A stretch of 64,000 nucleotides of DNA, taken from an uncultured Christensenellaceae bacterium. GTDB taxonomy: Bacteria > Bacillota > Clostridia > Christensenellales > UBA3700. The notes beneath the pieces were generated by a model. It was not told where the DNA came from. It worked only from the letters and a program-made list of their open reading frames with translations, and made no database searches. Below, piece by piece: positions 9,676-19,315 of the stretch; position 1 is the first letter of the stretch, and every line of letters begins with the position of its first letter. The stretch covers positions 79,742-143,741 of the forward strand of contig CAJUOK010000003.1 in NCBI GenBank assembly GCA_910588015.1, in the 5' to 3' direction. The position numbers were made by a program, and so were the translations under genes.

Positions 9676-10523
9676 CAGTTGCCTCCTCCGCCACTATGAC
9701 TGCGTGTGGTTGTAGTAGATGTATTGCCTGTCTCTTCTTCATCGTTTCTTTCCGCTTCGGGTAATCCGCCGAGACCCAAAGGAACATCCGTATCATCTCC
9801 CTCTTCCGTTACCCGTCCAGGCTCATCGATAAAACTGCCGCTCCCCGAGTTATCTGTTTCCGTTGTAGGTGTCGTACCGCCATTGGTATCCGTTTTATTT
9901 GCTGAATTTGCGGCTACTCCGCCGCTTGCTTCGCTGCCTGTCGTGGATGTTCCATAACTCGGTTCATACACCTCGTCATACCACTTGTTAACTACCGCAG
10001 CGTTTTCCGCCGATTCGGTAACCTCTGCTTTCCAAGGATGATTTTTCTTTCCGTCAAGTTTATTCCTACGAAAGATAGTGCCTTCGATAGTCGGCGTCTG
10101 GAAAGAAATCGAATCGCCCTTTGTAGCAAGGTTGGTCGCAGGCACACCGAACAGCACTCTGTAAAGCCAATAATACTTATACTTTCCGTTCGCCTTTTTT
10201 GCTCTGAAACCTACCGCTACATATTTTGCGGTATCTTCGGAACCCGAAATAAGCACACCCTTATTGTCGAGCGTTGCTCCAACAAGGTCTGCCGCTACCT
10301 CGTGTCCTATATCATCCACGCCGAGCGAGAGTGTTCCGCTTTTGAACTCTTTGACCGCTTCCGCCTGTCCGTCATCGGCATAGAGCGTGGCTTCGTTGAG
10401 TTCAACCGACAAGTCCGCCGAGATTGCTTTTGCAAGCTGCTTCGGCTTTCCGTAGGTTTCGTTGCCGTTTGCATCCTCGGTAATATCGGCATAGAAAAGT
10501 TTATCAAGACCGATTGTTGCCAT
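9675..10523 (-). CDS. Major tail protein (phi13-like family) with a low-complexity Gly/Thr/Ser/Asp C-terminal extension
   Basis: N-terminus MATIGLDKLFYA.I.ED..G..TYG.P is typical of the family; position upstream of the chaperone. Confidence 0.85.
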   Translation of the reverse strand: MATIGLDKLFYADITEDANGNETYGKPKQLAKAISADLSVELNEATLYADDGQAEAVKEFKSGTLSLGVDDIGHEVAADLVGATLDNKGVLISGSEDTAKYVAVGFRAKKANGKYKYYWLYRVLFGVPATNLATKGDSISFQTPTIEGTIFRRNKLDGKKNHPWKAEVTESAENAAVVNKWYDEVYEPSYGTSTTGSEASGGVAANSANKTDTNGGTTPTTETDNSGSGSFIDEPGRVTEEGDDTDVPLGLGGLPEAERNDEEETGNTSTTTTRSHSGGGGN

Positions 10524-10526
10524 TTT

Positions 10527-10871
10527 TTAGTCCTCCATTATTTCGTAATTTTTAGCTACGTCGATTGTGTACTGATGGTAGCCTACACCAGTATCAAAAC
10601 CGTTATATCTCCTACCCGTGATACAGAAATCTGCGGATAGGAGTTTAGCGGTTATTTTGTTTTTGAGTTTAATATAGTTTTCTTTAGAAAAAAGCGTTAT
10701 GCGCAGTTCTTGCAAATCGGTCTGCGGCATATCATCTGCGTTAAGCGGAAATGTATCCGTCAGCGGTACTAACACGATATAGGTATCGGGTGCTTCGCTC
10801 TTGAATACACCCGTCTCTATGGGAATGCCGAGAGCTTTTAACACTTCGTTGGTATCTTCGAGAATGTTCAT
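10527..10871 (-). CDS. Putative tail terminator / tail-completion protein (called by position only)
   Basis: 114 aa, between the gp10-like gene and the major tail gene. Confidence 0.4.
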   Translation of the reverse strand: MNILEDTNEVLKALGIPIETGVFKSEAPDTYIVLVPLTDTFPLNADDMPQTDLQELRITLFSKENYIKLKNKITAKLLSADFCITGRRYNGFDTGVGYHQYTIDVAKNYEIMED

Positions 10872-11281
10872 AGCTTCTTTATCTCCTTTTCGAGCGTGTC
10901 AACCATAGTATCGATGCACTGTGATTTGCTTTGACTTTTAGCGGGTTTTAGAAAAGGTCTTGCTGGCTGATTATATTTCCCGTATTCGAGAATGTTTGCA
11001 ACCATCGCATTCGAGCTGCCGTCCTTTCTCGGCTCGTCAAAACCGAGCTTTATGTTCGGATTGCCTTCTCTGTCCAACCGCACTCCCGACAAACCAAGTG
11101 CTGATACAAGCTCTCCTGAACTTTGACCGCTCAATACCGAGTTAAGATTGCTCCGCGTCTTTTGCAGAACCACTTCGCCACCAGCTTGAAGCACTTTCTC
11201 GCTGACCTCGTCCATATGGCTTCCTAACGCAGATATCTTTTTGAGAAAATCTTCGGGGAGCTTGTATGTGCATTTAGCCAT
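10868..11281 (-). CDS. HK97 gp10-like head-tail joining protein
   Basis: Start reset to MAKCTYK (ATG 11279-11281). Contains ILEYG...QPARPFL, typical of the gp10 family. The upstream 96 codons of the track ORF overlap the neighbouring gene. Confidence 0.7.
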   Translation of the reverse strand: MAKCTYKLPEDFLKKISALGSHMDEVSEKVLQAGGEVVLQKTRSNLNSVLSGQSSGELVSALGLSGVRLDREGNPNIKLGFDEPRKDGSSNAMVANILEYGKYNQPARPFLKPAKSQSKSQCIDTMVDTLEKEIKKL

Positions 11282-11609
11282 TTGATGCCTCCACACGTTT
11301 TGCGAGGACTTCCGTGTACATATTCCGCCCTTTGACATTTTCAACGGAAAGGATATCGTAACGACTGCCTTCGCAGAGAATATAATGCTTTGTAGTAACT
11401 TTAAGATTTGGTATCCGCCGAAACCGAAACAGCTCCGTAGCCTCCGTAAAAGCCGCCAGATTCGCCCAACGTTCGCTTCCGTGCCGACCTTCGACAAACA
11501 CTCGCATCTCGGCAACAACCGCCACAGTTTTGAAATTAAAGCCTTCTTTGTCGATGTCTTCCCTTTCAATGCAGAGTTGTGCTTTCTTATTCATTAACCC
11601 CAGTGCCAT
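11274..11609 (-). CDS. Head closure / head-tail adaptor protein (SPP1 gp16-like)
   Basis: 111 aa; order and size fit the module. Confidence 0.65.
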   Translation of the reverse strand: MALGLMNKKAQLCIEREDIDKEGFNFKTVAVVAEMRVFVEGRHGSERWANLAAFTEATELFRFRRIPNLKVTTKHYILCEGSRYDILSVENVKGRNMYTEVLAKRVEASNG

Positions 11610-11611
11610 GG

Positions 11612-11938
11612 TTACACCTTCCAGTCTCTATCTAAAATCAAGAGCCGATTTACAGTGTTCCAAACCTCCGCTGCCGCTTGGGGAGAGTTAGCGAAAAAGC
11701 CTGCCGTAGAGCCATCCCTACTTTCGTAGAAATGGCTGGCAAGCATTACCACACCTTGGGTGGTCGTTTCGCTCATTTCGTTGGTTTTATAGTAGTCGCG
11801 CTCCAAGTGCTGATAGCTTTCGGCATAGGATATGGCGGCAGCAATGTAAGCGCAGATGATTCCGTCATCATCGGTAAAGTCGATTATTAAATTTTTCTTG
11901 ACTCGCTCTAAAATTGCGTTATCTTCCATTACTGCCAC
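11612..11938 (-). CDS. gp6-like head-tail connector protein
   Basis: 108 aa immediately after the capsid gene. The N-terminal L..VK..L.ID..DDD pattern is typical of the family. Confidence 0.7.
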   Translation of the reverse strand: MAVMEDNAILERVKKNLIIDFTDDDGIICAYIAAAISYAESYQHLERDYYKTNEMSETTTQGVVMLASHFYESRDGSTAGFFANSPQAAAEVWNTVNRLLILDRDWKV

Positions 11939-11953
11939 CTCCTATGTGATTGC

Positions 11954-13162
11954 TTACGAACCCGCCTTAATCTGTAAAATCTTGACGGCTTCGGGAAGCA
12001 CAAGTCTTGCATCGACTCTCTTGGTTGCCAAGAAGCCAATCTGTCCCCTGTCTGCATAGAGTTCGTTGAGACGTTTGAAAGTGATGCCCGTTCTGTCCCC
12101 AATCCAATAGTAGGAAAGGTCACCGAACGCAATAACCTTCGCACCCGCCGCTACGCCGGGGATGGAGTTCGTAGTGTACACGGGTCTGCCGAGAAGCGTA
12201 TCGGGAAGTCCGACTTGCAACGAAGGCTGCCAGATGTACTGCTTGTTCTCGTCCTTGAGTTTTCTTACCGCCTGGATGGTAGTATCGTTCAAAAGCCATA
12301 CAGCTTTCTTGCGGTAAGGTGCGCGTAAACTGTGATAAAGGTCGATAAGTTCGTCAGCCGTAATGGTTGCGCCTGCCGTGGTTACGCCGACTTCGCCGCC
12401 TTCCTTCTCATCGAAAATACCGAACGGTCTGTCCGTACCCGTACCCGATACAAACGCATCTTCCTCTGCGTTGGAAATCTGCCTCGCAAACTCCTGACTG
12501 AAATACGATTCAAGGTCGAATGCCGAGTCGTTCAAGAGTTCTTCCGAAACCTTAATGAGCGCAGTCAGTTTGTGTGCGCCGATGGACTTCTCGGAAAACT
12601 TGTGCGTGGTCTCGGGAATCTGTGCGCCTTCGTCCGTCCACGATGCCGCGCCGTGCGCCGAGACAACGGGAATCTTGTGTGCGCCCGATGCCGTTTCAAA
12701 GACGTGCGCAAGTTTGCGGATAATGAGCGTGTCGTTCAGCCCGTCAACGAGCGTTCTCTCGAAAGTGTCGGGTACAAGGAAACCGCCATCGGCGTCCGTG
12801 CCTTCCGACAAAGCGTTCAAAACATCCGCCGAGGGCATTTTGCTGCGCATAGCGTTCCAGAAGTTCTTTTTATAACCCTTGGATGCTCTGCCCTTCTTCT
12901 CGTCTTCCTCGGCGGTTGCCGTCATAGGCTTGCCCGTCAAAGGTGCTGCAACGGGTTTGTTGAGTTCCGCCTCGATTGCTTCCTTGCGTTCTCTGCGCTT
13001 GATTTCGGTGGTTAAATCCTCGAGGTCTTTTTCCATCTTGTTGTAGGTGGCATCGTCTTCCGCCGAAAGCACACCATTGTCGTTTGCGTGGGTGTCAAGG
13101 AACGACTCCATTGCACTCCACAGTTTTGCCCTGCTGTCTCTTAATTCAGCGATAGTTTTCAT
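11954..13162 (-). CDS. Major capsid protein, HK97 family
   Basis: Start at MKTIAELR (GGAGG plus 8 nt). N-terminal delta-like coiled region, then the capsid core. Follows the ClpP-type protease. Confidence 0.9.
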   Translation of the reverse strand: MKTIAELRDSRAKLWSAMESFLDTHANDNGVLSAEDDATYNKMEKDLEDLTTEIKRRERKEAIEAELNKPVAAPLTGKPMTATAEEDEKKGRASKGYKKNFWNAMRSKMPSADVLNALSEGTDADGGFLVPDTFERTLVDGLNDTLIIRKLAHVFETASGAHKIPVVSAHGAASWTDEGAQIPETTHKFSEKSIGAHKLTALIKVSEELLNDSAFDLESYFSQEFARQISNAEEDAFVSGTGTDRPFGIFDEKEGGEVGVTTAGATITADELIDLYHSLRAPYRKKAVWLLNDTTIQAVRKLKDENKQYIWQPSLQVGLPDTLLGRPVYTTNSIPGVAAGAKVIAFGDLSYYWIGDRTGITFKRLNELYADRGQIGFLATKRVDARLVLPEAVKILQIKAGS

Positions 13163-13179
13163 TTTTAATTCCTCCAAAA

Positions 13180-13926
13180 TTAAATAAATTTTTTGATTTT
13201 TTGAAGCTCACTCATAAGCTCCGAGATTTTCCGTCCCTGGGGAACGGGTTCGTCAGTTGTTGCATTTTTTGCAACTACTGACATTGCCTTGTCTTTCGTT
13301 ACCTTGGCGGTTATTCTGCCCCACAGTGCGTTGTCCGTCTCCTTGGTGGAAAACATAAACGGCTCGGCGGCGGTTTTCTTTTCGTCTTCCAAAATACCGT
13401 CCGCAAAACCAAGCTCTACTGCTTTTCTTACATTCATCCACGTTTCGTTTTCCATAAGGTGGGAAAGCACTGCTCTCGACTGTCCCGTCTTAATTTCGTA
13501 AGCATTGATGATGGACTGTTTCACTTCTTCCAACAGGTCGATGGCTTTCTGCATATCGTTGTGATCACCGAACGCCGCAGTCGAAGGATTGTGAATCATC
13601 ATAAGCGCCGTGGGACTCATCAACACCTTCGTTCCAGCCATAGCGATTACGCTTGCCGCCGAAGCCGCGATTCCGTCAATCTTGACAGTGACTTCCCCTG
13701 CATAGTCCATAAGCATCGAGTAAATTTGGCTTGCTGCTACGCAATCTCCGCCGGGACTGTTAATCCATATCGTGACTGCGCCGCTTCCTGCGTTCAACTC
13801 GTCCTTGAACATTTGCGGAGTAATGTCATCGTCAAACCACGACTCATCCGCTATCGTTCCGTTAAGCTCAAGAACTCTCTCGGGTGTTTCGCCGTCTTGG
13901 TTTTTCCAATTCCAAAACTTCCTCAT
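13180..13926 (-). CDS. ClpP-like prohead maturation protease
   Basis: INSPGG, GIAASAASVIAMAG (Ser) and MIHNP (His) motifs. Start at MRKFWNW with a GGAGA RBS. Confidence 0.9.
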   Translation of the reverse strand: MRKFWNWKNQDGETPERVLELNGTIADESWFDDDITPQMFKDELNAGSGAVTIWINSPGGDCVAASQIYSMLMDYAGEVTVKIDGIAASAASVIAMAGTKVLMSPTALMMIHNPSTAAFGDHNDMQKAIDLLEEVKQSIINAYEIKTGQSRAVLSHLMENETWMNVRKAVELGFADGILEDEKKTAAEPFMFSTKETDNALWGRITAKVTKDKAMSVVAKNATTDEPVPQGRKISELMSELQKIKKFI

Positions 13927-15184
13927 TGTCTGTCTCCTTTTCGTTATTTTTATCTGCATAAGCACCTGCTTTTTCAAGCGGGAGCATATTGCCGTTTACT
14001 AGGTATAAGTCCCCGCCTTGCTCGGGCGATAACTTATCCAAGTCCTCAAGTTCCCGTATATCGTTTGCCGACATCCCGCCGTTCTGCCTTGCGATTGCAT
14101 ATCCGTTCATTCGGCTTTGGTAATCTCCACGCAACAAGCCTTCAAGGTTGAATTTGAAGAAGTATCGCTTCTTCTCATCTTCCGAAAGCAGTGAGCGCGA
14201 AAGCGACTGTTCCCAACGAACTACCCACGGGTCAAGTGTGTATTTTACAAACTCAAGGCTCTGTTGCTCGATATTAGAAAAGCTCGACTTTTCAAGGTCT
14301 CCAACCATATGCGGTGGCACTCTGAAAATTCGAGCTATTTCGTTGATTTGGAATTTACGGGTTTCAAGGAACTGCGCTTGCTCCGGCGAAATGGAAATCG
14401 GCGTGTACTTCATTCCTTCTTCAAGGACTGCTACTTTGCCCGAGTTACCGCTTCCGCCAAATTGCGACTGCCACGCTTCCCGAACCCTAGTCGGGTCTTT
14501 AATCGTGCCGGGATGTTCCAACACACCCGAAGGTGCTGCGCCGTTCGCAAAAAACTTACTGCCAAACTCCTCTGTCGCAATTGCCAAACCGATAGCGTTT
14601 TTTGCCATTGCTATAGGACTATACCCCACCAAACCATCAAAACCGAGTCCAGGAATATGCAAGACATCCTTTGGTTCAAGCACAACGGACGAGCCGTTCA
14701 TCGTGTTCGGTTCGCAGTCGCTGCGTGTGTAGGTATAATAGAGTTTTCCGTTCTCGTCCCTATCCACCGACATCTTGTTCGGCATCAATGGATACAACGC
14801 AATTATCTCGCCCTTTCCGTTGCGGATTATCTGCGCATACGCATTTCCCCAAAGTAACAAGTGAGTCATCAGCGTTTCCCTGAAAACGAAAGAACTCATC
14901 TCGGGGTTCGGTTCATCGTGTAGCAAGTGGTACAAATTACTGTCGATTGCTTTCTCTTTCGAGCCGTCTTCCTTGTATCGGTAAAAGTGCAAAGGTAACC
15001 CCGCTACCGCTTCCGAAAGAATTCTTACGCAAGCATATACCGCAGTCATTTGCATTGCGCTGCGTTCGGTTACCGATTTGCCCGAGGACGAATTGCCCAT
15101 AAAAAAGGTAAAGCTACTACCGACTGTCCTATCTTCGACCTTGGGTGCATCCCTCGACTTTTTTCTGTTCTTGAAAAGTCCCAT
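13868..15184 (-). CDS. Portal protein, HK97 family
   Basis: 438 aa, between TerL and the protease, AGGAGA RBS. Confidence 0.9.
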   Translation of the reverse strand: MGLFKNRKKSRDAPKVEDRTVGSSFTFFMGNSSSGKSVTERSAMQMTAVYACVRILSEAVAGLPLHFYRYKEDGSKEKAIDSNLYHLLHDEPNPEMSSFVFRETLMTHLLLWGNAYAQIIRNGKGEIIALYPLMPNKMSVDRDENGKLYYTYTRSDCEPNTMNGSSVVLEPKDVLHIPGLGFDGLVGYSPIAMAKNAIGLAIATEEFGSKFFANGAAPSGVLEHPGTIKDPTRVREAWQSQFGGSGNSGKVAVLEEGMKYTPISISPEQAQFLETRKFQINEIARIFRVPPHMVGDLEKSSFSNIEQQSLEFVKYTLDPWVVRWEQSLSRSLLSEDEKKRYFFKFNLEGLLRGDYQSRMNGYAIARQNGGMSANDIRELEDLDKLSPEQGGDLYLVNGNMLPLEKAGAYADKNNEKETDNEEVLELEKPRRRNTRESS

Positions 15185-15193
15185 AATCTCTCC

Positions 15194-16792
15194 TTAAATA
15201 AAAATTAGCCCACGGCTGTCATAGATTGATTCGGTTGATGCCCCGTTGCGTATTGCTCTGTCCAGAGCCATAACGGTTGCAACCGCTCCGTCTATTTTTT
15301 CCGTTGACTTTGATTTGTCCATTTTTATGTTCCCGGCAGGGTCTGTGCGAACGCATACATTATCCATCATCCAATGCAGCACTGGCTGACCATTGTGGCG
15401 GATTTTCTTGCCAAGCACCAAGTTCATCAGTTCTTTGGTTGCAGGACTCATATCCTTAAACCCCTGCCCAAACGGGATGACAGTGAAACCGAGGTTCTCA
15501 AGGTTCTGTGTCATTTGAACTGCACCCCATCGGTCAAAGGCGATTTCCTTTATGTTGTATTTCTTGCCAAGCTCATCAATGAAATTCTCGATGAACCCGT
15601 AATGGATAACGTTGCCTTCCGTGGTCTGTATATATCCTTGCTGTTCCCAGATATCATACGGCACATGGTCTTTTGCAACTCTCCGCTCCAAGTTCTCCTC
15701 GGGTATCCAGAAGAACGACAAGATGTAATAATTTTCATCCGTATCCGTTGGCGGAAACACCAACACAAACGCCGTAATATCGGTTGAGGACGAAAGGTCA
15801 AGTCCGCCGTAACACACTCTGCCTTCCAAGCTCTCGGGCGAGAAATCCGCCTTACACGCCTCCCACTTTTCCATTGGCATCCAACGCACCGCTTGCTTTA
15901 CCCATTGATTCAATCGCAACTGTCGGAAGGTGTTCTCCTCGGCTGGGTTCTGCCGCGCCGATTCAAACGCCACTCGAACCTTGTCGATGCCTACTGTTAT
16001 GCCAAGACTGGGGTTCGCTTTTTTCCATACTTTTGGATCCGTCCAGTCATCATTTTCGTCTGCCCCATATATTACGGGATAGAAGGTTGAGTCTAGTTTT
16101 CTGCCTAGAATAATGTCCTTGGCTTTTTGGTGTGTTTCGTAGCAGATGGATTTTGTATCCGTTCCCGCAGTCGTGATTAAAAAGTACAGCGGTTGCATTC
16201 GAGCATCGCCAGAGCCTTTGGTCATAACATCAAACAGCTTTCTGTTCGGTTGGGTGTGCAACTCATCGAACACAACGCCGTGAATATTGAAACCATGCTT
16301 GCTGTACGCTTCCGCCGAAAGAACTTGATAGAAGCTGTTCTTCGGCAGATAGATTATACGCTTGCTTGCCGTGAGTATCTTGCACCGCTTGTTCAAAGCA
16401 GGACACATCCGAATCATATCGGCAGCGACTTCAAAGACAATCGATGCTTGCCCTCTGTCCGCTGCACAACCATAAACTTCGGCTCGTTCCTCACCATCTC
16501 CGCAAGTAAGCAAAAGGGCAACAGCCGCCGCCAACTCGCTCTTGCCCATCTTCTTCGGTATTTCTATGTACGCAGTATTAAACTGCCGATACCCGTTCGG
16601 CTTGATGATTCCAAAAAGGTCTCGAATTATCTGTTCTTGCCAATCGATAAGTTCAAACGGCTCTCCCGCCCATGTGCCTTTCGTATGACATAGGCACTGT
16701 ATGAAATTGACCGCATAGTCCGCCGCCGACTTGTCATATACGGAGTCCTTGGCTTTGAACTTGGTCGGCACATATTTCTTTAGCTTTCTCAA
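15194..16792 (-). CDS. terL: Terminase large subunit (Terminase_1 type)
   Basis: TTG start with GGGAGG upstream. Walker A-like IPKKMGKSE; 532 aa; upstream of the portal gene. Confidence 0.9.
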   Translation of the reverse strand: MRKLKKYVPTKFKAKDSVYDKSAADYAVNFIQCLCHTKGTWAGEPFELIDWQEQIIRDLFGIIKPNGYRQFNTAYIEIPKKMGKSELAAAVALLLTCGDGEERAEVYGCAADRGQASIVFEVAADMIRMCPALNKRCKILTASKRIIYLPKNSFYQVLSAEAYSKHGFNIHGVVFDELHTQPNRKLFDVMTKGSGDARMQPLYFLITTAGTDTKSICYETHQKAKDIILGRKLDSTFYPVIYGADENDDWTDPKVWKKANPSLGITVGIDKVRVAFESARQNPAEENTFRQLRLNQWVKQAVRWMPMEKWEACKADFSPESLEGRVCYGGLDLSSSTDITAFVLVFPPTDTDENYYILSFFWIPEENLERRVAKDHVPYDIWEQQGYIQTTEGNVIHYGFIENFIDELGKKYNIKEIAFDRWGAVQMTQNLENLGFTVIPFGQGFKDMSPATKELMNLVLGKKIRHNGQPVLHWMMDNVCVRTDPAGNIKMDKSKSTEKIDGAVATVMALDRAIRNGASTESIYDSRGLIFI

Positions 16793-16818
16793 GTAGCCTT
16801 GCCTCCCTTTCTATTTTT

Positions 16819-16849
16819 GCAAAAGAAAAAGCCGACCTTGTCAGTCGAC
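16819..16849 (-). terminator. Weak rho-independent terminator upstream of terL
   Basis: Minus strand GUCGAC-UGACAAG-GUCGGC followed by UUUUUCUUUUG. Confidence 0.45.
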
Positions 16850-16884
16850 CTTTCGTTTGATGTTTTCTTTTTTTCGTTATTCCG

Positions 16885-17172
16885 TCAAATAGCTATCTTG
16901 CCCTTTTTAACGTGTCTATCCACTTGCCGTAGGTATTCAATCATATCGTGAATTCGGTAGTCCTTGTTTTTGTCGGCTATCAATCGTTCCTGAACCAAGA
17001 ACCATCTCATCGTTTCCGAAATGTCCGCGCTTCTCGCCAGTATCGCTTTTTTCAGCTTTTCAGTTACCACCTCGCCACCGCAGTTGGGTTGGACAGCATC
17101 GATGTACTCTAGTAGCGTCTCACGAACTTCCGCCGCCTTTATTCCTTTCACTTCTTGTGCTTTGTAGTGCAT
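16885..17172 (-). CDS. Hypothetical protein
   Basis: Start at MHYKAQE (GAGGTGAGGG RBS). Confidence 0.5.
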   Translation of the reverse strand: MHYKAQEVKGIKAAEVRETLLEYIDAVQPNCGGEVVTEKLKKAILARSADISETMRWFLVQERLIADKNKDYRIHDMIEYLRQVDRHVKKGKIAI

Positions 17173-17176
17173 ACCC

Positions 17177-17374
17177 TCACCTCTTGTTTTTATTTTCGTA
17201 GTCAGCAATCGCTGCTATGATTTCTGCTTTCTCCGCTTCCGAAACACCTGCGATATCCAACGCTTCACGAGTTCCGCAAAGCGGGCAGATTTCTTGGTGA
17301 TTATCGAACCTTGAAATCGCAGGTCGCGCCGTGTAGGTCTTTCCGCATTTCGGGCAAGTCCTGGTCGTTTCCAT
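17177..17374 (-). CDS. Small zinc-ribbon protein
   Basis: Start at METTRTCPKCG (GGAGG RBS); CPKC...CPLC. Confidence 0.6.
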   Translation of the reverse strand: METTRTCPKCGKTYTARPAISRFDNHQEICPLCGTREALDIAGVSEAEKAEIIAAIADYENKNKR

Positions 17375-17384
17375 TCCACACCTC

Positions 17385-17612
17385 CTAGTTGTAATCGTAA
17401 GCGATGATGTCAAAGGCATCACGCTGTTCGGTGTTGCTCGGCTCAATGTTCCAAGCCTTATCGTAGCTCGTTATCACCTTGCCCTTACACTTAATGGTCA
17501 GCTTCGCAATTTTTCCGCCCTCAATGCCGTACTTCGATTTTCTGCTGTACTGCATCCCTTCGTAGTGGTAGCCGTTGTTGTTTACGATTACAAAACCTTT
17601 GAACGCTTTCAT
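17385..17612 (-). CDS. Hypothetical protein; paralogous to the C-terminal domain of the 17625-18068 product
   Basis: Shared motif YGIEGGKIAKLTIK...SYDKAWNIEP versus FGIEGGRISKLTIK...NYDRGWDIQP. Confidence 0.55.
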   Translation of the reverse strand: MKAFKGFVIVNNNGYHYEGMQYSRKSKYGIEGGKIAKLTIKCKGKVITSYDKAWNIEPSNTEQRDAFDIIAYDYN

Positions 17613-17624
17613 CTCGCCACCTCG

Positions 17625-18068
17625 TTAATTGAAGTTGCGAAGCACCCAGTCGAGTGCTGCTTGCGCTGACTTGGTCTTGGGTTGAATGTCCCAACCCCTG
17701 TCGTAGTTTACGACTTCCTTGCCCGTGCGCTCGTTCTTGATGGTTAGCTTGGAAATCCTACCGCCCTCAATACCGAACTCCGAACCTTCGTCAAACCGCT
17801 TAATCCAAAAGCGGAAGGTGCAGCCCGCAATTTGAAGTCTGCCATCGTTCCAAGGGCTGTCATCGTTGGGTTTGCGTTCCTCTTGGTAGCAAGGAACATA
17901 AAAGGTTTCTTCTTTGCCGTTGATAACCAAGTGGACTGACCTGGGGTTCTGAAGTCCCCCAGCCGTTCCCGTTACGGAGCCAAGCGAAAGAACCTCGGCG
18001 TTTCCGTGCTTCTGCGCTATCTTTTGCAGGCTTGCTATATACTCGTTTAAGGTTACAAATTTTTTCAT
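17625..18068 (-). CDS. Hypothetical protein carrying the GIEGGRISKL domain
   Basis: AGGAG RBS; first gene downstream of promoter cassette copy A. Confidence 0.55.
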   Translation of the reverse strand: MKKFVTLNEYIASLQKIAQKHGNAEVLSLGSVTGTAGGLQNPRSVHLVINGKEETFYVPCYQEERKPNDDSPWNDGRLQIAGCTFRFWIKRFDEGSEFGIEGGRISKLTIKNERTGKEVVNYDRGWDIQPKTKSAQAALDWVLRNFN

Positions 18069-18114
18069 TTTGAACTCCTTTTGAGGGGGGCTTCCCTCTC
18101 CGTTTTGTAGGTGT

Positions 18115-18143
18115 ATATTAACTCTAAAACGAATATATATCCA
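18115..18143 (-). promoter_or_regulatory. Repeated promoter, copy A (TGGATA-N17-TAATAT)
   Basis: Conserved 29-nt block inside a roughly 130-bp repeat present four times. Confidence 0.55.
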
Positions 18144-18210
18144 GTGATATGCGCCACTATTATGCAGATATTTAATTATTTTTTCGGGTTTTTTGCACTA
18201 CTCTTTCAAC

Positions 18211-18235
18211 GAAAAAACCACCCTTTCGGGTGGCT
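18211..18235 (-). terminator. Rho-independent terminator (cassette copy A)
   Basis: Minus strand CCACCCGAAAGGGUGG followed by a U-run. Confidence 0.75.
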
Positions 18236-18248
18236 CTATTTTGCCTTT

Positions 18249-18575
18249 TTATTTCTTAATTACGGCGGTGTATCGTGCGTAATCATAACCCTCGCTTTCA
18301 ACCAGAACGCTGATTTTGCTGCCCCTTGCGGTTACTTTTATGCAATGCCATATTCCGTTTTCGTCCACCTTCATTATGCCGCTGTTCACTTTGATAAAAT
18401 CCTTATCTTCGAGGAAGTTATCGCAGAACGCTGCGAACTCGGTGGGTGTTAAAGTAATGGTCTTTTCGACAACAATCTCGCGCTTGGGTTTTTCCCCACT
18501 GTAGCAATTAATGCATTCTTTAGCTGCTTCCCAGTCTTCTACGCTATCTGCCTTTCTTATCATGTATGCTTTCAT
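18249..18575 (-). CDS. Hypothetical protein
   Basis: 108 aa, GGAGA RBS, bracketed by cassette copies A and B. Confidence 0.55.
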   Translation of the reverse strand: MKAYMIRKADSVEDWEAAKECINCYSGEKPKREIVVEKTITLTPTEFAAFCDNFLEDKDFIKVNSGIMKVDENGIWHCIKVTARGSKISVLVESEGYDYARYTAVIKK

Positions 18576-18605
18576 TTCACTTTCTCCTTCGCTTTTTGTA
18601 TGTGT

Positions 18606-18634
18606 ATATTAACTCTAATACACATATATATCCA
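18606..18634 (-). promoter_or_regulatory. Repeated promoter, copy B (TGGATA-N17-TAATAT)
   Basis: Same spacing and hexamers as copy A. Confidence 0.55.
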
Positions 18635-18680
18635 GTGAATTTTGGCATTATTTTGAAGAATAATTTATTTATTTTTTAAC

Positions 18681-18706
18681 GAAAAAACCACCCTTTTGAG
18701 GTGGTC
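18681..18706 (-). terminator. Rho-independent terminator (cassette copy B)
   Basis: Minus strand ACCACC-UCAAAAG-GGUGGU followed by a U-run. Confidence 0.7.
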
Positions 18707-18737
18707 ATTTCCGTTGGTATTTGGTTCGTTCCTGGCA

Positions 18738-19130
18738 TTAGCTTCCGAAAAGAATTCTGCCCGTTTCGAGAACTTCGTAGTCGTGCAGCACTTCAATGAT
18801 TCGAGTGATGTCATCGTATTCGTCCTCGGCATACTCGCTCAATTCGTCCCACCATCTGCTCCTCAAAACCTCGCGCCTTTCAACCTTTCCAACCGAGCCG
18901 AGGTTGCTGTTGTAGGCTTCGGGGTTGTAGGTCGCTGCCTCTGCGTTGAAGGCATCTTTCAACTTCAACCAAAGTGCGTGTGCCTTGCGGTAGGTCTCGG
19001 GGTTCGTTACCCCAGTCTTCTTGGCTACCGAGCCAACTCCAAAGGTGGGGAACTTTACCACCGTATCAATGTTTGCGATTACTTCCTCTGCTGTTTTCCA
19101 TTCGTATTTGTAGGTCTTGGGTGCTTTCAT
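18738..19130 (-). CDS. Hypothetical protein
   Basis: Start reset to MKAPKTYKYEW (GGAGA RBS). The longer track ORF runs into the repeat. Confidence 0.55.
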   Translation of the reverse strand: MKAPKTYKYEWKTAEEVIANIDTVVKFPTFGVGSVAKKTGVTNPETYRKAHALWLKLKDAFNAEAATYNPEAYNSNLGSVGKVERREVLRSRWWDELSEYAEDEYDDITRIIEVLHDYEVLETGRILFGS

Positions 19131-19162
19131 TTTTGTTTGTCTCCTTCGCTTTTTGTAGGTGT

Positions 19163-19191
19163 ATATTACCTCTAACTCACTTATATATCCA
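19163..19191 (-). promoter_or_regulatory. Repeated promoter, copy C (TGGATA-N17-TAATAT)
   Basis: Same architecture as copies A and B. Confidence 0.55.
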
Positions 19192-19260
19192 GTGAATTTT
19201 GGCACTATTTCGAAGAATTATTAGTTTATTTTTAGCCTTTTTTTGCACCCTTTTCTGCAA

Positions 19261-19285
19261 CGAAAAACCACCCTTTCGGGTGGCT
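19261..19285 (-). terminator. Rho-independent terminator (cassette copy C)
   Basis: Minus strand GCCACCCGAAAGGGUGG followed by UUUUUCG. Confidence 0.75.
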
Positions 19286-19315
19286 AAAGTCAAGGATATT
19301 ACGGGGTCAATGCGA

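Noticed and set aside
10868-11569. The 233-aa version of the gp10-like ORF.
   Set aside because: Its first 96 codons overlap the head-closure gene in another frame and read as Arg/Leu/Cys-rich noise. An internal ATG at 11281, with an 8-nt overlap to the upstream stop, gives the family-typical protein.
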